From contig OY970342.1 in NCBI GenBank assembly GCA_963717505.1, positions 864,001 to 928,000 of the forward strand: a stretch of DNA of 64,000 nt, given 5' to 3'. The notes under the pieces were generated by a model. That model searched no databases and had not been told where the DNA came from. It was given only the letters and a program-made list of their open reading frames with translations. Made by a program: the position numbers and the translations under genes. Every line of letters begins with the position of its first letter. Within the stretch, counting starts at the first letter, position 1. Origin of the DNA: Candidatus Eiseniibacteriota bacterium (GTDB lineage: Bacteria > Eisenbacteria > RBG-16-71-46). Below are positions 30,014 through 40,267 of this stretch, one piece after another.

Positions 30014-30247
30014 GGCGGCGGCTCTCCGGTGCGGTACAAAGCAAGCAAGGCGCATCGAGTCTAGCAGCGATTCGAGACTCCTCGTGACCGAAATACCGGC
30101 CATCCCGGGCAAAGTTCGGGGGAGCCGGCCGAGGGCGCGGCTCGAGGGCAATCGCTGGAAGTCGTTGGGCCGCTTGCGGGCTCTCGAGGCGGGCTCTGGA
30201 AGCCGGCCCTTGCCCCGGCTACCATGCGTACTCAACCGAGGATCCCC

Positions 30248-31366
30248 ATGACGCCCAAGCGCAACCCCCACATCACCGGCAAGTCGATCAGTCCACCGGC
30301 GATCACCGGCCGCGAGACCGCGGCCGAGCTGGTCGAGAACAACTTCCTCGCCTATAACGCCGCGCGGCTGCGCGAGGGGGCTCGGCTCCTGACCGAGCGT
30401 ATGCTCGAGGACAACGTCACCGTCGGACTGTCGATCACGGGTGCTCTGACCCCGGCCGGGCTCGGCATGGGCGCGATCATCCCGCTCATGGAAGCCGGCT
30501 TCGTCGACTGGATCGTGTCGACCGGTGCCAACCTGTATCACGACGCCCATTTCGGCCTCGGGCTGTCGATGCACCAGGGCACGTTCCAGGCCGACGACGT
30601 CGTGCTGCGCGAGCAGGAAGTCGTCCGCATCTACGACGTATTTTTCGATTATTCCGTTCTACTCGACACCGACGCATTCTTCCGCGAGATCATTGCCGGG
30701 CCGGAATTCCAACGCGCAATGAGCACCGCCGAGTTCCACTTCCTGTGCGGCAAGTTTTTGCGCGCGCGCGAAGAGAAGCTGGGCCTCAAACGCAAGTCGC
30801 TGCTCGGGGCGGCGCACGAGTTCGGCGTGCCGATCTACACCAGCTCGCCGGGCGATTCATCGATCGGCATGAACGTGGCCGCGATGGCGATCGAGGGCAA
30901 CAAGCTCGTGTTCGACGTCAGCGCCGACGTCAACGAGACCGCGGCGATCGTGTGGGACGCTAAGTCGGGCGGCGGCAAGAGCGCGGTGTGGATCCTGGGC
31001 GGCGGTAGCCCGAAGAATTTCGTGCTGCAAACCGAGCCGCAGATCCAGGAAGTGCTCGGGATCGCCGAAAAGGGCCACGACTACTTCCTGGCGGTCACCG
31101 ACGCTCGGCCCGACACCGGTGGACTCTCCGGGGCGACGCCGGCCGAGGCAGTGAGCTGGGGCAAGATCGATCCCGACCAATTGCCGGGCACGGTGATCTG
31201 CTACTGCGACTCGACCATCGGTTTGCCGCTGCTAACTGCCTACGCTCTGGCCAAGCATCCGCCGCGCAAGCTCAGGCGGTTGTATGATCGGCGCGGCGAT
31301 CTGATGACCAAGCTCAAGGAAGCGTATCTGTCGCGCGGGCGCGCGGCGACGTCGGCCAAGCGCTAG
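30248..31366 (+). CDS. Deoxyhypusine synthase-like protein (probably polyamine/homospermidine synthesis)
   Basis: [43 protein letters not shown] with the catalytic Lys. Confidence 0.9.
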   Translation: MTPKRNPHITGKSISPPAITGRETAAELVENNFLAYNAARLREGARLLTERMLEDNVTVGLSITGALTPAGLGMGAIIPLMEAGFVDWIVSTGANLYHDAHFGLGLSMHQGTFQADDVVLREQEVVRIYDVFFDYSVLLDTDAFFREIIAGPEFQRAMSTAEFHFLCGKFLRAREEKLGLKRKSLLGAAHEFGVPIYTSSPGDSSIGMNVAAMAIEGNKLVFDVSADVNETAAIVWDAKSGGGKSAVWILGGGSPKNFVLQTEPQIQEVLGIAEKGHDYFLAVTDARPDTGGLSGATPAEAVSWGKIDPDQLPGTVICYCDSTIGLPLLTAYALAKHPPRKLRRLYDRRGDLMTKLKEAYLSRGRAATSAKR

Positions 31367-31384
31367 CGACGTCGGGTGACCACC

Positions 31385-32824
31385 ATGGAACCCAAAATCA
31401 TTCAGGGGGGCATGGGCGTCGGGGTTTCGAGCTGGAACCTCGCCCGCACGGTCTCCCAGCTCGGCCAGCTCGGGGTCGTATCGGGAACGGCGATCGACGC
31501 GGTGGTCGTCCGCCGTCTGGCTGACGGCGACCGTGGCGGACACGTGCAGCGTGCGATGAGCGCCTACCCCTACCGGGGAATCGTGGCCGAAGTGCTGCGC
31601 CGGTATTTCAAGCCCGAGGGTCGAGCGACCGGCGAGCCCTATCCGCTCCTGCCGCTCCAGCAGCGCGAGCTCGATCCATTTCGCCAGCGTCTGATCGCCC
31701 TGTGCAATTTCGTCGAGGTGTTTCTCGCCAAGGAGGGACATGACGGCTTGGTGGGCATCAACTACCTGATGAAGATCCAGATCCCCACGCTGCCGTCGCT
31801 CTATGGCGCCATGCTGGCCGGCGTCGACTACGTGCTCATGGGCGCCGGCATTCCGCGCGAGATCCCGGGAGCGCTCGACGAACTGGCGGCGAACCGTCCG
31901 GCGTCGATTCGCTTCGACGTCACCGGTGGCACCGGCGCCGACGACGAAACGCTCGAGTTCGATCCGTCGATCATTTGGGAAGGTGGCGCGGCTCCCACGC
32001 CGCGGCGTCCCAGGTTCCTGGCCATCGTTTCATCCGACTCCCTGGCCACCATGCTCGCGCGCAAGGCCAGCGGGCGTGTGGACGGGTTCGTGATCGAGGG
32101 CCCAACCGCCGGAGGCCACAACGCGCCACCGCGCGACAAGACCGCATTCACCGAGCGCGGCGAGCCCCAGTACGGTGAGCGCGACGTGCCGAACCTCGAG
32201 AAGATCAGGAGCCTGGGCCTGCCGTTCTGGCTGGCCGGTGGCGAGGGGAGCCCCGCCCGCGTGCGTGAAGCGCTCGCAGCCGGGGCCGCGGGCGTGCAGG
32301 TCGGAACGCTTTTCGCCTATTCCGAGGAATCAGGCCTGCGCGCCGACATCAAGCACCGTCTGATCGAACGGGCGCGCCAAGGCGCGATCGACGTCCTGAC
32401 CGACGGCCGCGCCTCCCCCACCGGCTTCCCATTCAAGATCGTGGCGCTCGAGCACAGCATGTCGGAGTCGGCCGACTACACCGACCGCGAGCGGGTCTGC
32501 GATCTCGGCTACTTGCGCATCGCCTACCGGCGTGAGGACGGAGGCATCGGTTACCGCTGTCCGTCGGAGCCAGTCGACGCCTACTTGTTCAAAGGCGGCG
32601 CCGAGGAGGAGACCGTGGGGCGGAAGTGTCTGTGCAACTCCCTGATGGCCAACATCGGCCTGGGGCAGACGCGCGACGGGGGTGACGAACTGCCGCTCAT
32701 CACCAGTGGCGACGATCTCGCGAACCTCAAGGAGTTCCTCGGGGACCGCGACTCCTACAGCGCAACCGACGTCGTCGAGTATCTGCTCTCGGGTTTGGAC
32801 TCGGAGACCATGGCAAACCACTGA
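31385..32824 (+). CDS. Nitronate monooxygenase / 2-nitropropane dioxygenase family FMN enzyme
   Basis: IIQGGMGVGVS, EGPTAGGHNAPPR, GVQVGTLF. Confidence 0.85.
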   Translation: MEPKIIQGGMGVGVSSWNLARTVSQLGQLGVVSGTAIDAVVVRRLADGDRGGHVQRAMSAYPYRGIVAEVLRRYFKPEGRATGEPYPLLPLQQRELDPFRQRLIALCNFVEVFLAKEGHDGLVGINYLMKIQIPTLPSLYGAMLAGVDYVLMGAGIPREIPGALDELAANRPASIRFDVTGGTGADDETLEFDPSIIWEGGAAPTPRRPRFLAIVSSDSLATMLARKASGRVDGFVIEGPTAGGHNAPPRDKTAFTERGEPQYGERDVPNLEKIRSLGLPFWLAGGEGSPARVREALAAGAAGVQVGTLFAYSEESGLRADIKHRLIERARQGAIDVLTDGRASPTGFPFKIVALEHSMSESADYTDRERVCDLGYLRIAYRREDGGIGYRCPSEPVDAYLFKGGAEEETVGRKCLCNSLMANIGLGQTRDGGDELPLITSGDDLANLKEFLGDRDSYSATDVVEYLLSGLDSETMANH

Positions 32825-32898
32825 CGCCAGGAGCGGTCCACGGTTCATCCCCGCCGTTTCCGGGGCGGTATTCGCTTCGCACGCGTTAGGATCTGTGC

Positions 32899-35566
32899 AT
32901 GCGCGCCACTCCCTCCGGCCCTCGCCCCACTCCCGCCCCCGGCTTTCGCGAGCTCTCGCGGCGGGAGATCGAGCAGTCGATCGTCGACCGTTTTCAGCAC
33001 CAGGTCGCCGAGCATGCCGAGCGCCTTGCGGTGCGATCGGCGGATCACTCGCTCACCTATCGGGAGCTGGATCAGTGGGCCAACCACATCGCACAGGCGA
33101 TTCTTGCCCGCCGCGGCCAGGGCGCGGAGCCGGTTGCCTTGCTCCTCGACCAGGGCGCACCGGCGATCGCATGCGTTCTGGCAGTGCTCAAGGCCGGCAA
33201 GATGTACCTGCCGCTCGATCCGGCGCACCCCGCGGCGCGCAACACGCATCTGCTTCAGGACGCCGGGGCGCGCTTCGCTCTCACCGATGCAGCGCACCTC
33301 GCATACGCGATCGCGATTGCGCCCGAGCCATCGTGCGTGCTGAGCATCGACGACCTCGATCCCACGATTTCTGCGATCGACCCCGCGTTGCCGCTGAGCG
33401 GTGACACTCACGCCTATCTCTTCTACACATCCGGATCCACGGGACACCCCAAGGGGGTGTACGACACGCACCGGAACGTGCTGCACAACGTCATGCGGTA
33501 CACCAACAGCCTGTGCATCTCGGCACACGATCGATTGACGCTCCTGCAATCGCCGAGTTTCAGCGGGTCCGTGTCGAGCCTGTTCAGCGCCCTCCTAAAC
33601 GGTGCCGCGGTATTCCCCTACGACGTGCGCCGGCAGGGTCTGGGCGGGCCGCTGGCGGCCTGGCTGAACCGCGAAGCAATCACCGTGTATCACTCGGTGC
33701 CGTCGATCTTCAGGAGTATCGCGCTCGATGATCAGCGGTATCCGACCGTACGGGTGGTGCGGCTCGAGGGTGATGCCGCGTCTCATGTCGACGTCGAGAT
33801 CTTCCGTAGGCATTTTGCGCCCGACAGCCTCCTGGTTCACGGCCTCGGCGCCACCGAGACCGGAATCACCCGGCAGTTCTTCGTCGACTCGCGAACCACC
33901 GTGCCGCAAGGAATCGTTCCGCTCGGCTATGCGACCACCGACATGCAGACCCTGCTGGTGGACGATGCTGGCGACCGCATCGGCGCCGGCGCGCTGGGTG
34001 AGATCACGATTCGTAGCCGGTACCTCGCCGTGGGCTACTGGAAGAATCCCGAGCTGACCCGCGATGCGTTTCTCGACGATCCCGATGGCTCGGACCAGCG
34101 CCTGTATCGGACCGGCGACCTGGGTCGCATGCGCGACGACGGATGCCTGGAGTACGCGGGACGCAAGAACTCCCTGATCAAGGTGCGCGGGCATCGCGTC
34201 GACGCGAGCGAGGTCGAGAACGCCTTGCTCGGCATCGACGGCATTCGCGAAGCTGCGGTCACCGTGCTGGCGGACGATTCCGGCGAGGCCCATCTGGTGG
34301 CCTATCTCGTTTCCACGATTCAGCCACAACCCCGGATCTCGCATCTCCGAACCCGGCTGGCGGAGGCGCTGCCCGACTTCCTGATTCCAACGCGATTCGT
34401 CTTCCTGCCTGCACTGCCCCTGAGCGACAACGGCAAGGTGGATCGCAAACGTCTCCCCGCGCCGGGAGCCGGGAACGCCGAGTACCGCGTCGAATACGTC
34501 GCGCCACGCACCGCTCTCGAGCGTGCGATCGCCGGAATCTGGGAATCGATCCTGCGCACGAGCCCAATCGGTTTGCACGACGATTTCTTCGACCTGGGCG
34601 GCGACTCGCTCCTGGCCGCGACGATGTGCGTCGCGGTCGCGAAGATTCACGACGGCAACCCCACGCTGTCGCTGTTGGTCGAAGCGCCGACCCTCGAACG
34701 CTTTGCCGAGCACCTGGAGCGTGGCTTGGCCGGGACCCACTCGGTCCTGGTACCGATTCAGACGACGGGAGCCAAGCCCCCGTTCTTCTGCGTTCACGCG
34801 CACCACGGCAACGTCCTGAGCTTTGCGGCGCTCTCGCGAGCGATGGGCTCCGATCAGCCATTCTACGGACTGCAATCGGATGGCGTGGCGCGGTGATTCT
34901 TCCGCCTTCATGCGCATCGAGGACATGGCGGCGCGCTACGTTCAAGAACTGCGAGCCGTGCAGCCACGAGGCCCCTATGCGCTTGGCGGGTTCTGCCTCG
35001 GCGGCGTGGTCGCGTTCGAAATGTCGAGACAGCTGACGGCCGATGGCGAGCGGGTCGCGCACTTGATCCTGATCGACAACAACCCGACCGAGTTTGCCGG
35101 CGTCGTGCCGCCCGACGCGCTCCGGAGATTCCGGCGTCTTCACCTCCGGAGGCGGTTCGCCCGGCATTCCGCGGAAGTGGCGAAGCTCGGGGTCGTTCGC
35201 GGTCTCGCCTACCTCGCCGGGGGCGCCGGAAGCAAGGCTCGCGGCGCACTCTGGAATCTCGCCATCGGTGTCTGCGCATCGTTCCACCTGCCCGTTCCGG
35301 CCATGCTGCGCGATGTGGTGCGCGCGAATCGCCGCGCCTTGGAGTCCTACCAACCCGGATCCTTCCGGGGCCGCGTGACCCTCGTTCTGCCGGAAGAAGA
35401 TCGGGAGTTGTTCGCCAGCGACCCGCTCGTAGATTGGGGAGCGCTCGCCAAGGGCGGTTACTCCGTGCACTTCGTGCGAGGAGCCACCGGAGCGTTCTTC
35501 CGACACCCTCATGTGACGAAGCTGGCCGCGACACTGGTCGACGTGCTCCGCGCCCCCGATGGCTGA
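32899..35566 (+). CDS. NRPS-like A-PCP-TE protein, one frameshift near 34885-34895
   Basis: YTSGSTGHPKG, YRTGDL, IKVRGHR, NGKVDR, PCP FFDLGGDSL. The TE starts in the 32899 frame and continues (IEDMAARY...GGFCLGG) in the 34823 frame. Confidence 0.85.
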
Positions 35567-35596
35567 TCGCGGGCCGGCGCGTGTAGAGTCCGCGCC

Positions 35597-36463
35597 ATGC
35601 GCCCCTCGCGCCCCGACGACTTCCGACTGCCCGACCTGCGCTTCGTGCCGGTCGATTCGCTGGTTCCCCACGAGCAGCACGACACCCAGCGCATGGATCC
35701 GCTGGTCGAGCGATTCCGCGAGCAGGCGATGCTCAAGAACCCGCCGGTGGTTACGCCGCTGCCCGAAAAGCACGGCGACGGCCTCCCGCCGCGCTACATG
35801 GTGCTCGATGGCGCCAATCGCTCGACCGCGGCCAAGGCGGCAGGGCTGCCGCACATCGTGGTCCAGGTCGCGCGCTACGAGCAACCATGGGTCGAGCTGT
35901 CGACCTGGGATCACGCGTTGGCCGAGTGTCCGCCCTCGGCTTTCGAGACGGCGTGCCGGTCGCTCGACGGTCTCGATTGCCGGCGCGAGCCCCTGCTCCA
36001 GGCTCGCGCCCAGCTCGCGCGGCGTGACGCTCTGGCCTACGCGGTCCACGACGACTCGACCGCGTTGGTGTTCCACGGCCATCCGGCGCTCGGTGAGCGC
36101 AATCGCATGCTCAACTCGATCGTCGACACCTATCGCAGCCGGCGCTTCTATCGCATGTCGACCGAGTCGGTCGAAGTCATGCGCGAGCGGCACCCGGACG
36201 CGACCGTGCTGGTCGTGTTCCCGCACTTCGAGCCCGCCGAGGTTCTCGAGCTGGCGACCGACGGCGAGCGACTCCCGGCTGGCATCACGCGGCATCTGAT
36301 CCGCTGGCGGGCGCTCCGCGTGAACGTGCCGATGGACCTGCTCGGCGATGCCCAACGCTCGATCGACGACAAGAATCAGTGGCTCGAGCGTCACGTGCGC
36401 GAGCGCTTCGACCAGCGTGCCGTGCGTTTCTACGAGGAGCCAACGGTTCTGTTCGATGAGTAG
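35597..36463 (+). CDS. ParB/Srx-fold protein resembling SbnI free L-serine kinase
   Basis: VPVDSLVPHE, YMVLDGANR, STWDH, LPAGITRH..R.RALRVNVPMDLL, RFYEEPTVL parallel the SbnI motifs as I recall them. Confidence 0.7.
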   Translation: MRPSRPDDFRLPDLRFVPVDSLVPHEQHDTQRMDPLVERFREQAMLKNPPVVTPLPEKHGDGLPPRYMVLDGANRSTAAKAAGLPHIVVQVARYEQPWVELSTWDHALAECPPSAFETACRSLDGLDCRREPLLQARAQLARRDALAYAVHDDSTALVFHGHPALGERNRMLNSIVDTYRSRRFYRMSTESVEVMRERHPDATVLVVFPHFEPAEVLELATDGERLPAGITRHLIRWRALRVNVPMDLLGDAQRSIDDKNQWLERHVRERFDQRAVRFYEEPTVLFDE

Positions 36464-36508
36464 CTCGTTCGCCTGGCCGGCGCTCTGGGCCGGCGAGGTA
36501 GCCCCCCG

Positions 36509-37537
36509 GTGAAGGCGGTCGCCTTCGACCGCTTCGGCGGCCCTGAAGTCCTCGAGTACCGCGACCTTCCCGACCCGGTAGCCGGGCCCGACGACGTGCT
36601 GATCGCCGTGCGTGCCTGCGGCATCAACCATCTCGACCTGTGGGTGCGCGGCGGACTGCGCGGCCTCGACGTCGAAATGCCGCACATCCTGGGGAACGAC
36701 GTGGTCGGCGAGGTGCTGTCGGCGGGCGCCAACGTGCGCGACTGGAAGCCGGGGGATCGCACCCTCGTGCTCCCTACACTTTCGTGCGGCGCGTGCGAGT
36801 CGTGTGCGCGCGGCGACGACAATCTGTGTCGCGATTACGACGTGCTCGGCCGGCGGCGCAACGGCGGCTACGCCGAGCAGGTCGCGGTGCCGGCGCGCAA
36901 CTGCCTGCCCTACCCCGAGAATCTGGAATGGAGCGATGCCGCGGCGATGCCGCTGGTCTCACTCACCGCATGGCACATGCTGGTCGGGCGGGCGAAGCTC
37001 CAGGCGGGGGAAGACGTGCTGGTGATCGGCGCCGGCAGCGGCGTCGGCAGCGCAGCAATCCAGATCGGCCGGCTTCTCGGCGCGCGCGTGATCGCGACGG
37101 CCGGCAGTGCAGGGAAGCTCGAACGCGCCCGGCGGCTCGGCGCAAACGATGTGATCGATCACGCCACTCAGGACATTGCGGCCGAAGCCAGACGGCTGAC
37201 CGACAAGAAGGGCGTCGAGGTCGTGTTCGAGCACGTCGGCGGTCGTGTGTTCGAGCAGGGTGTGACGGCACTCGCCCGCAACGGGCGTCTCGTGACCTGT
37301 GGCGCCACGATCGGCAGTCAGGTCACGCTCGACATCAACCTGCTGTTCGGCCGTCACCTCTCGCTCATGGGCTCGTGGATGGGCCGTCGCGACGAGCTGG
37401 TGGCGGCACTCGAGCACATTCGCGCCGGAAGTCTGAAGCCGGTCGTGGATTCGGTGATGCCCCTTGCGGAGGCGCGCCGCGCGCACGAACGCATCGAAGC
37501 TCGCGAGCACTTCGGCAAGATCGTCCTGGTCCCCTGA
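36509..37537 (+). CDS. Zinc-binding alcohol dehydrogenase (MDR family)
   Basis: CGACESC...C structural Zn site, GAGSGVG, HFGKIVL. Confidence 0.9.
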   Translation: MKAVAFDRFGGPEVLEYRDLPDPVAGPDDVLIAVRACGINHLDLWVRGGLRGLDVEMPHILGNDVVGEVLSAGANVRDWKPGDRTLVLPTLSCGACESCARGDDNLCRDYDVLGRRRNGGYAEQVAVPARNCLPYPENLEWSDAAAMPLVSLTAWHMLVGRAKLQAGEDVLVIGAGSGVGSAAIQIGRLLGARVIATAGSAGKLERARRLGANDVIDHATQDIAAEARRLTDKKGVEVVFEHVGGRVFEQGVTALARNGRLVTCGATIGSQVTLDINLLFGRHLSLMGSWMGRRDELVAALEHIRAGSLKPVVDSVMPLAEARRAHERIEAREHFGKIVLVP

Positions 37538-37539
37538 GC

Positions 37540-37939
37540 ATGTCGCGCATCGTGCTCTCCACGATCGGCTCGCTCGGCGACTTGCATCCCTTTCTGGCGC
37601 TCGGCCGTGAACTCAGGGCGCGCAGCCACGACGTCGTGCTCGCGACCCATGGCATCTACCGTGACGCCGCGGCCCGAGCCGGGCTGGCCTTCCATCCCAT
37701 GCGCCCCGGCGCCGCCCTTCAGCCACGACCAGCCCGACAACGCCCGGCGCTGCATCGAGCTGGGCGTGGCGCGGGCGGTTCGCCGGAATCGGGTGCGCGC
37801 CGACCGGCTGGCGCGAGAAGTCCGCGCCGTGTTGGACGACCCGGTGATGGCCGAAAAGGCCCGGAGGATCGGCGACCAAATTCGGGCCGAGCCAGGAGTC
37901 CGGGCCGCGGCGGACACGATCGGGGCGCTCGAAGATTAG
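37540..37939 (+). pseudogene. GT1-family glycosyltransferase remnant with a large internal deletion
   Basis: N-terminus (STIGSLGDLHPFLALG...FHPMRP) is joined out of frame near 37710 to the C-terminus (PFSHDQPDNARR...). Confidence 0.8.
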
Positions 37940-38085
37940 GCTTGCGGCGCCCGGTTCGACTGGGCGTAGAGTGGGGTGTCCGCGCGGACAGTTCCGTTAG
38001 ACGACCCTAACGCAACTTGCCGCGAGGCAAGTTGCCCCGCAGAGACCGGGCACTCCTGGAACATGATCGGGGTAGGAAGATTGTC

Positions 38086-38685
38086 ATGAGAAGCCTGATT
38101 TCGCTCCTGGTTCTCGGTCTGCTCGCGGTTCCCGGAATCGCGCGGTCGGCCGACAGCAAATGGACGCTCTCCGGCCAGGCCGGTATCGCCACCGGCGACC
38201 AGACGGCGCCGTCGTTCGCCTGGCGCGCCGGGCTCCTGCACTGGCACACCACGGGCGCCGGCATCGGCGTCCAGTTCGGCCGGATGCGCTGGGAAGCGCG
38301 CAACCAAGGGGTGTCGTATTCCGCGGACGCTACGCCGTTCGAGGGTCTCGAGCAGGGCGGCGACGAGTTGTACGACTTGTCCGGTGAACTGCGTTTCCGG
38401 AGCAGCGAGGGCAACGGACGCGGCGCGTTCATCGCAATCGGCGCCGGTAGCTACTGGCAGAACGCTCGCGACGAGATGCTCTATGCCGCCCCCGCCAACG
38501 CCTACATCCGCATGCCCGCGGACTACGAAGACGGCGAAGCCCATCTCGGCTGGCACGTGGCGGTCGGCGGCATGGGCATCAAGGGGCTCGCGCCCGGCGC
38601 CGAATTCCGCTTCGACTGGATCGATTCCAGCCCCGGGCCCAGCGCCTACTTCACCGCGAGCGCCGCACTGCACCTGAGCCGCTAG
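38086..38685 (+). CDS. Secreted protein, probable small outer-membrane beta-barrel
   Basis: Signal peptide and alternating hydrophobic strands. Confidence 0.6.
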   Translation: MRSLISLLVLGLLAVPGIARSADSKWTLSGQAGIATGDQTAPSFAWRAGLLHWHTTGAGIGVQFGRMRWEARNQGVSYSADATPFEGLEQGGDELYDLSGELRFRSSEGNGRGAFIAIGAGSYWQNARDEMLYAAPANAYIRMPADYEDGEAHLGWHVAVGGMGIKGLAPGAEFRFDWIDSSPGPSAYFTASAALHLSR

Positions 38686-38817
38686 GAGCGACGCGGGAAA
38701 GCTCCTGATCCCGCTAATAGTAGTGGGGCCCTGCCCCCGTATTCCCGCCCAACCCGCTGGGCCGGACTGGCTTACCCGGTTCATTCGAGATTTATCCACC
38801 TCGCGACGATTTTCCTC

Positions 38818-38846
38818 TTGACGATAGTCGTTATCACGACTATCGT
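38818..38846 (+). promoter_or_regulatory. Promoter with overlapping perfect palindromic operator (probable MarR site)
   Basis: TTGACG-17 nt-TATCGT. Inverted repeat ACGATAGTCGT-TATC-ACGACTATCGT at 38821-38846. Confidence 0.8.
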
Positions 38847-38853
38847 GATGCCC

Positions 38854-39321
38854 ATGACACGACACCTGCGTGACCAGATCCGGCAGAGCAAGCCGTTCGA
38901 GAGCCTCAGCACCGAGGTCTATCTCGAGATCCTGAAGACCTCGCAAACCGCGGGGCGCTGGGTGGTCGAGGCGCTGAAGCCCAGCAGTCTCACTCCCGCC
39001 CAGTTCAATGTCCTTCGGATCCTGAGAGGCAGTCCCGACGGGCTCACGTGCAGCCAGATTTCCGAGCGCATGATCAATCCCGACCCCGACGTCACCCGCT
39101 TGCTCGATCGGCTGGCGGCGGCGGGCCTTGTCGAGAAGCAGCGCAACGACCGCGACCGTCGCGTGGTCGACGTCGTGATCACCAAGACCGGACTCAAGGC
39201 CACCGAGCAGGCGTCGAATGCCGTGCGCTCGCGGCTCGAGTCCGAGATGAAGACCCTGAGCGCCACCCAGCTGAACACTCTCGCGGACCTGCTCGAGCTG
39301 GTTCGCGGCGACGAAGACTGA
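38854..39321 (+). CDS. MarR family transcriptional regulator
   Basis: LTPAQFNVLRIL, PDVTRLLDRL..AGLV, DRRVV.V.IT..G. Confidence 0.92.
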   Translation: MTRHLRDQIRQSKPFESLSTEVYLEILKTSQTAGRWVVEALKPSSLTPAQFNVLRILRGSPDGLTCSQISERMINPDPDVTRLLDRLAAAGLVEKQRNDRDRRVVDVVITKTGLKATEQASNAVRSRLESEMKTLSATQLNTLADLLELVRGDED

Positions 39322-39354
39322 CGACACCGAAACCCTCAATCCAAGGAGAATGCC

Positions 39355-40236
39355 ATGGAAACCGGAAAAGACCTGATCGTCATCACCGGAGCCACCGGAC
39401 AGCAGGGCGGAGCGATCGCGAGCGAGCTGCTCGCCAAAGGCCACAAAGTGCGCGCCGTCACCCGCAAACCAGACTCGCCGAATGCGCAGGATCTGAAGCG
39501 CCGCGGCGCTGAAGTCGTCTCCGGCGACCTCGACGACAAGGCCTCGATCGAGCGCGCGGTCACCGGCGCGTGGGGCCTCTACGCTGTCCAGAACACCTGG
39601 GAAGCCGGCGTCGAGAAGGAAGAAGAGCAAGGCAAGCGACTGGCCGAGATCGCGCGCAACAAGGGCGTCCAGCACATCGTCTACTCGTCGGTCGCCTCCG
39701 CCCAGCGAAAGACCGGCATTCCCCACTTCGAGAACAAGTGGCGCGTGGAAGAGAAGATCCGCAGCCTAAACTTCCCCTCGTACGTGATCCTGCGGCCCGT
39801 GTTCTTCATGGAGAACTTCATCGGCCCGTTCTTCCTGCCCTACATCCAGCAGGGCAACCTGGCGTTCGGGATGGAGCCGACCACCGTGTTGCAGATGATC
39901 GCGGTGAGCGACATCGGCAAGTACGGCCTGCAGGCGTTCGAGCGGCACGCGGAGCTCAAGAACCGCGCGATCGACATCGCGGGCGATCAGAAGACCGGTC
40001 CCGATATGGCGAAGATCCTGGCCCCGGCCGTGGGCCACGCGCTGAACTTCTTCCGGGTCCCGATCGGCGAGATCCGCAAGGTCAGCGAGGACTACGCCAT
40101 CATGCTCGAATGGTTCGATCGCGTCGGCTACGACGTCGACATCGATAAGAACGCGAAGGAATTCGGAATCCGTCCGACGACGCTCGCCGAGTGGGCCCCC
40201 ACCGCGCAGTGGGCTCCCGCGCCGGCGGCGCGCTAG
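39355..40236 (+). CDS. NmrA/HSCARG family protein
   Basis: TGATGQQGG, TGIPHFENK, LRPVFFMEN. AAGGAG RBS. Confidence 0.92.
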   Translation: METGKDLIVITGATGQQGGAIASELLAKGHKVRAVTRKPDSPNAQDLKRRGAEVVSGDLDDKASIERAVTGAWGLYAVQNTWEAGVEKEEEQGKRLAEIARNKGVQHIVYSSVASAQRKTGIPHFENKWRVEEKIRSLNFPSYVILRPVFFMENFIGPFFLPYIQQGNLAFGMEPTTVLQMIAVSDIGKYGLQAFERHAELKNRAIDIAGDQKTGPDMAKILAPAVGHALNFFRVPIGEIRKVSEDYAIMLEWFDRVGYDVDIDKNAKEFGIRPTTLAEWAPTAQWAPAPAAR

Positions 40237-40267
40237 ACCCTGACCCAGGGAAAGAGGAGGAATAGCC

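Noticed and set aside
30014-30574. N-terminal extension of the 1917-aa ORF
   Set aside because: It overlaps the DHS-like gene on the other strand, and the signal peptide indicates a start near 30013.
37951-37964. GGTTCGA as a tRNA T-arm
   Set aside because: The loop is too short and there is no acceptor or anticodon architecture.
37996-38011. GTTAGAC / CCCTAAC as integron attC core sites
   Set aside because: The order and spacing are wrong for attC, and there is no integrase or cassette array.
38789-38800. TTATCCACC DnaA-box-like site
   Set aside because: It is a single imperfect copy with no origin context.
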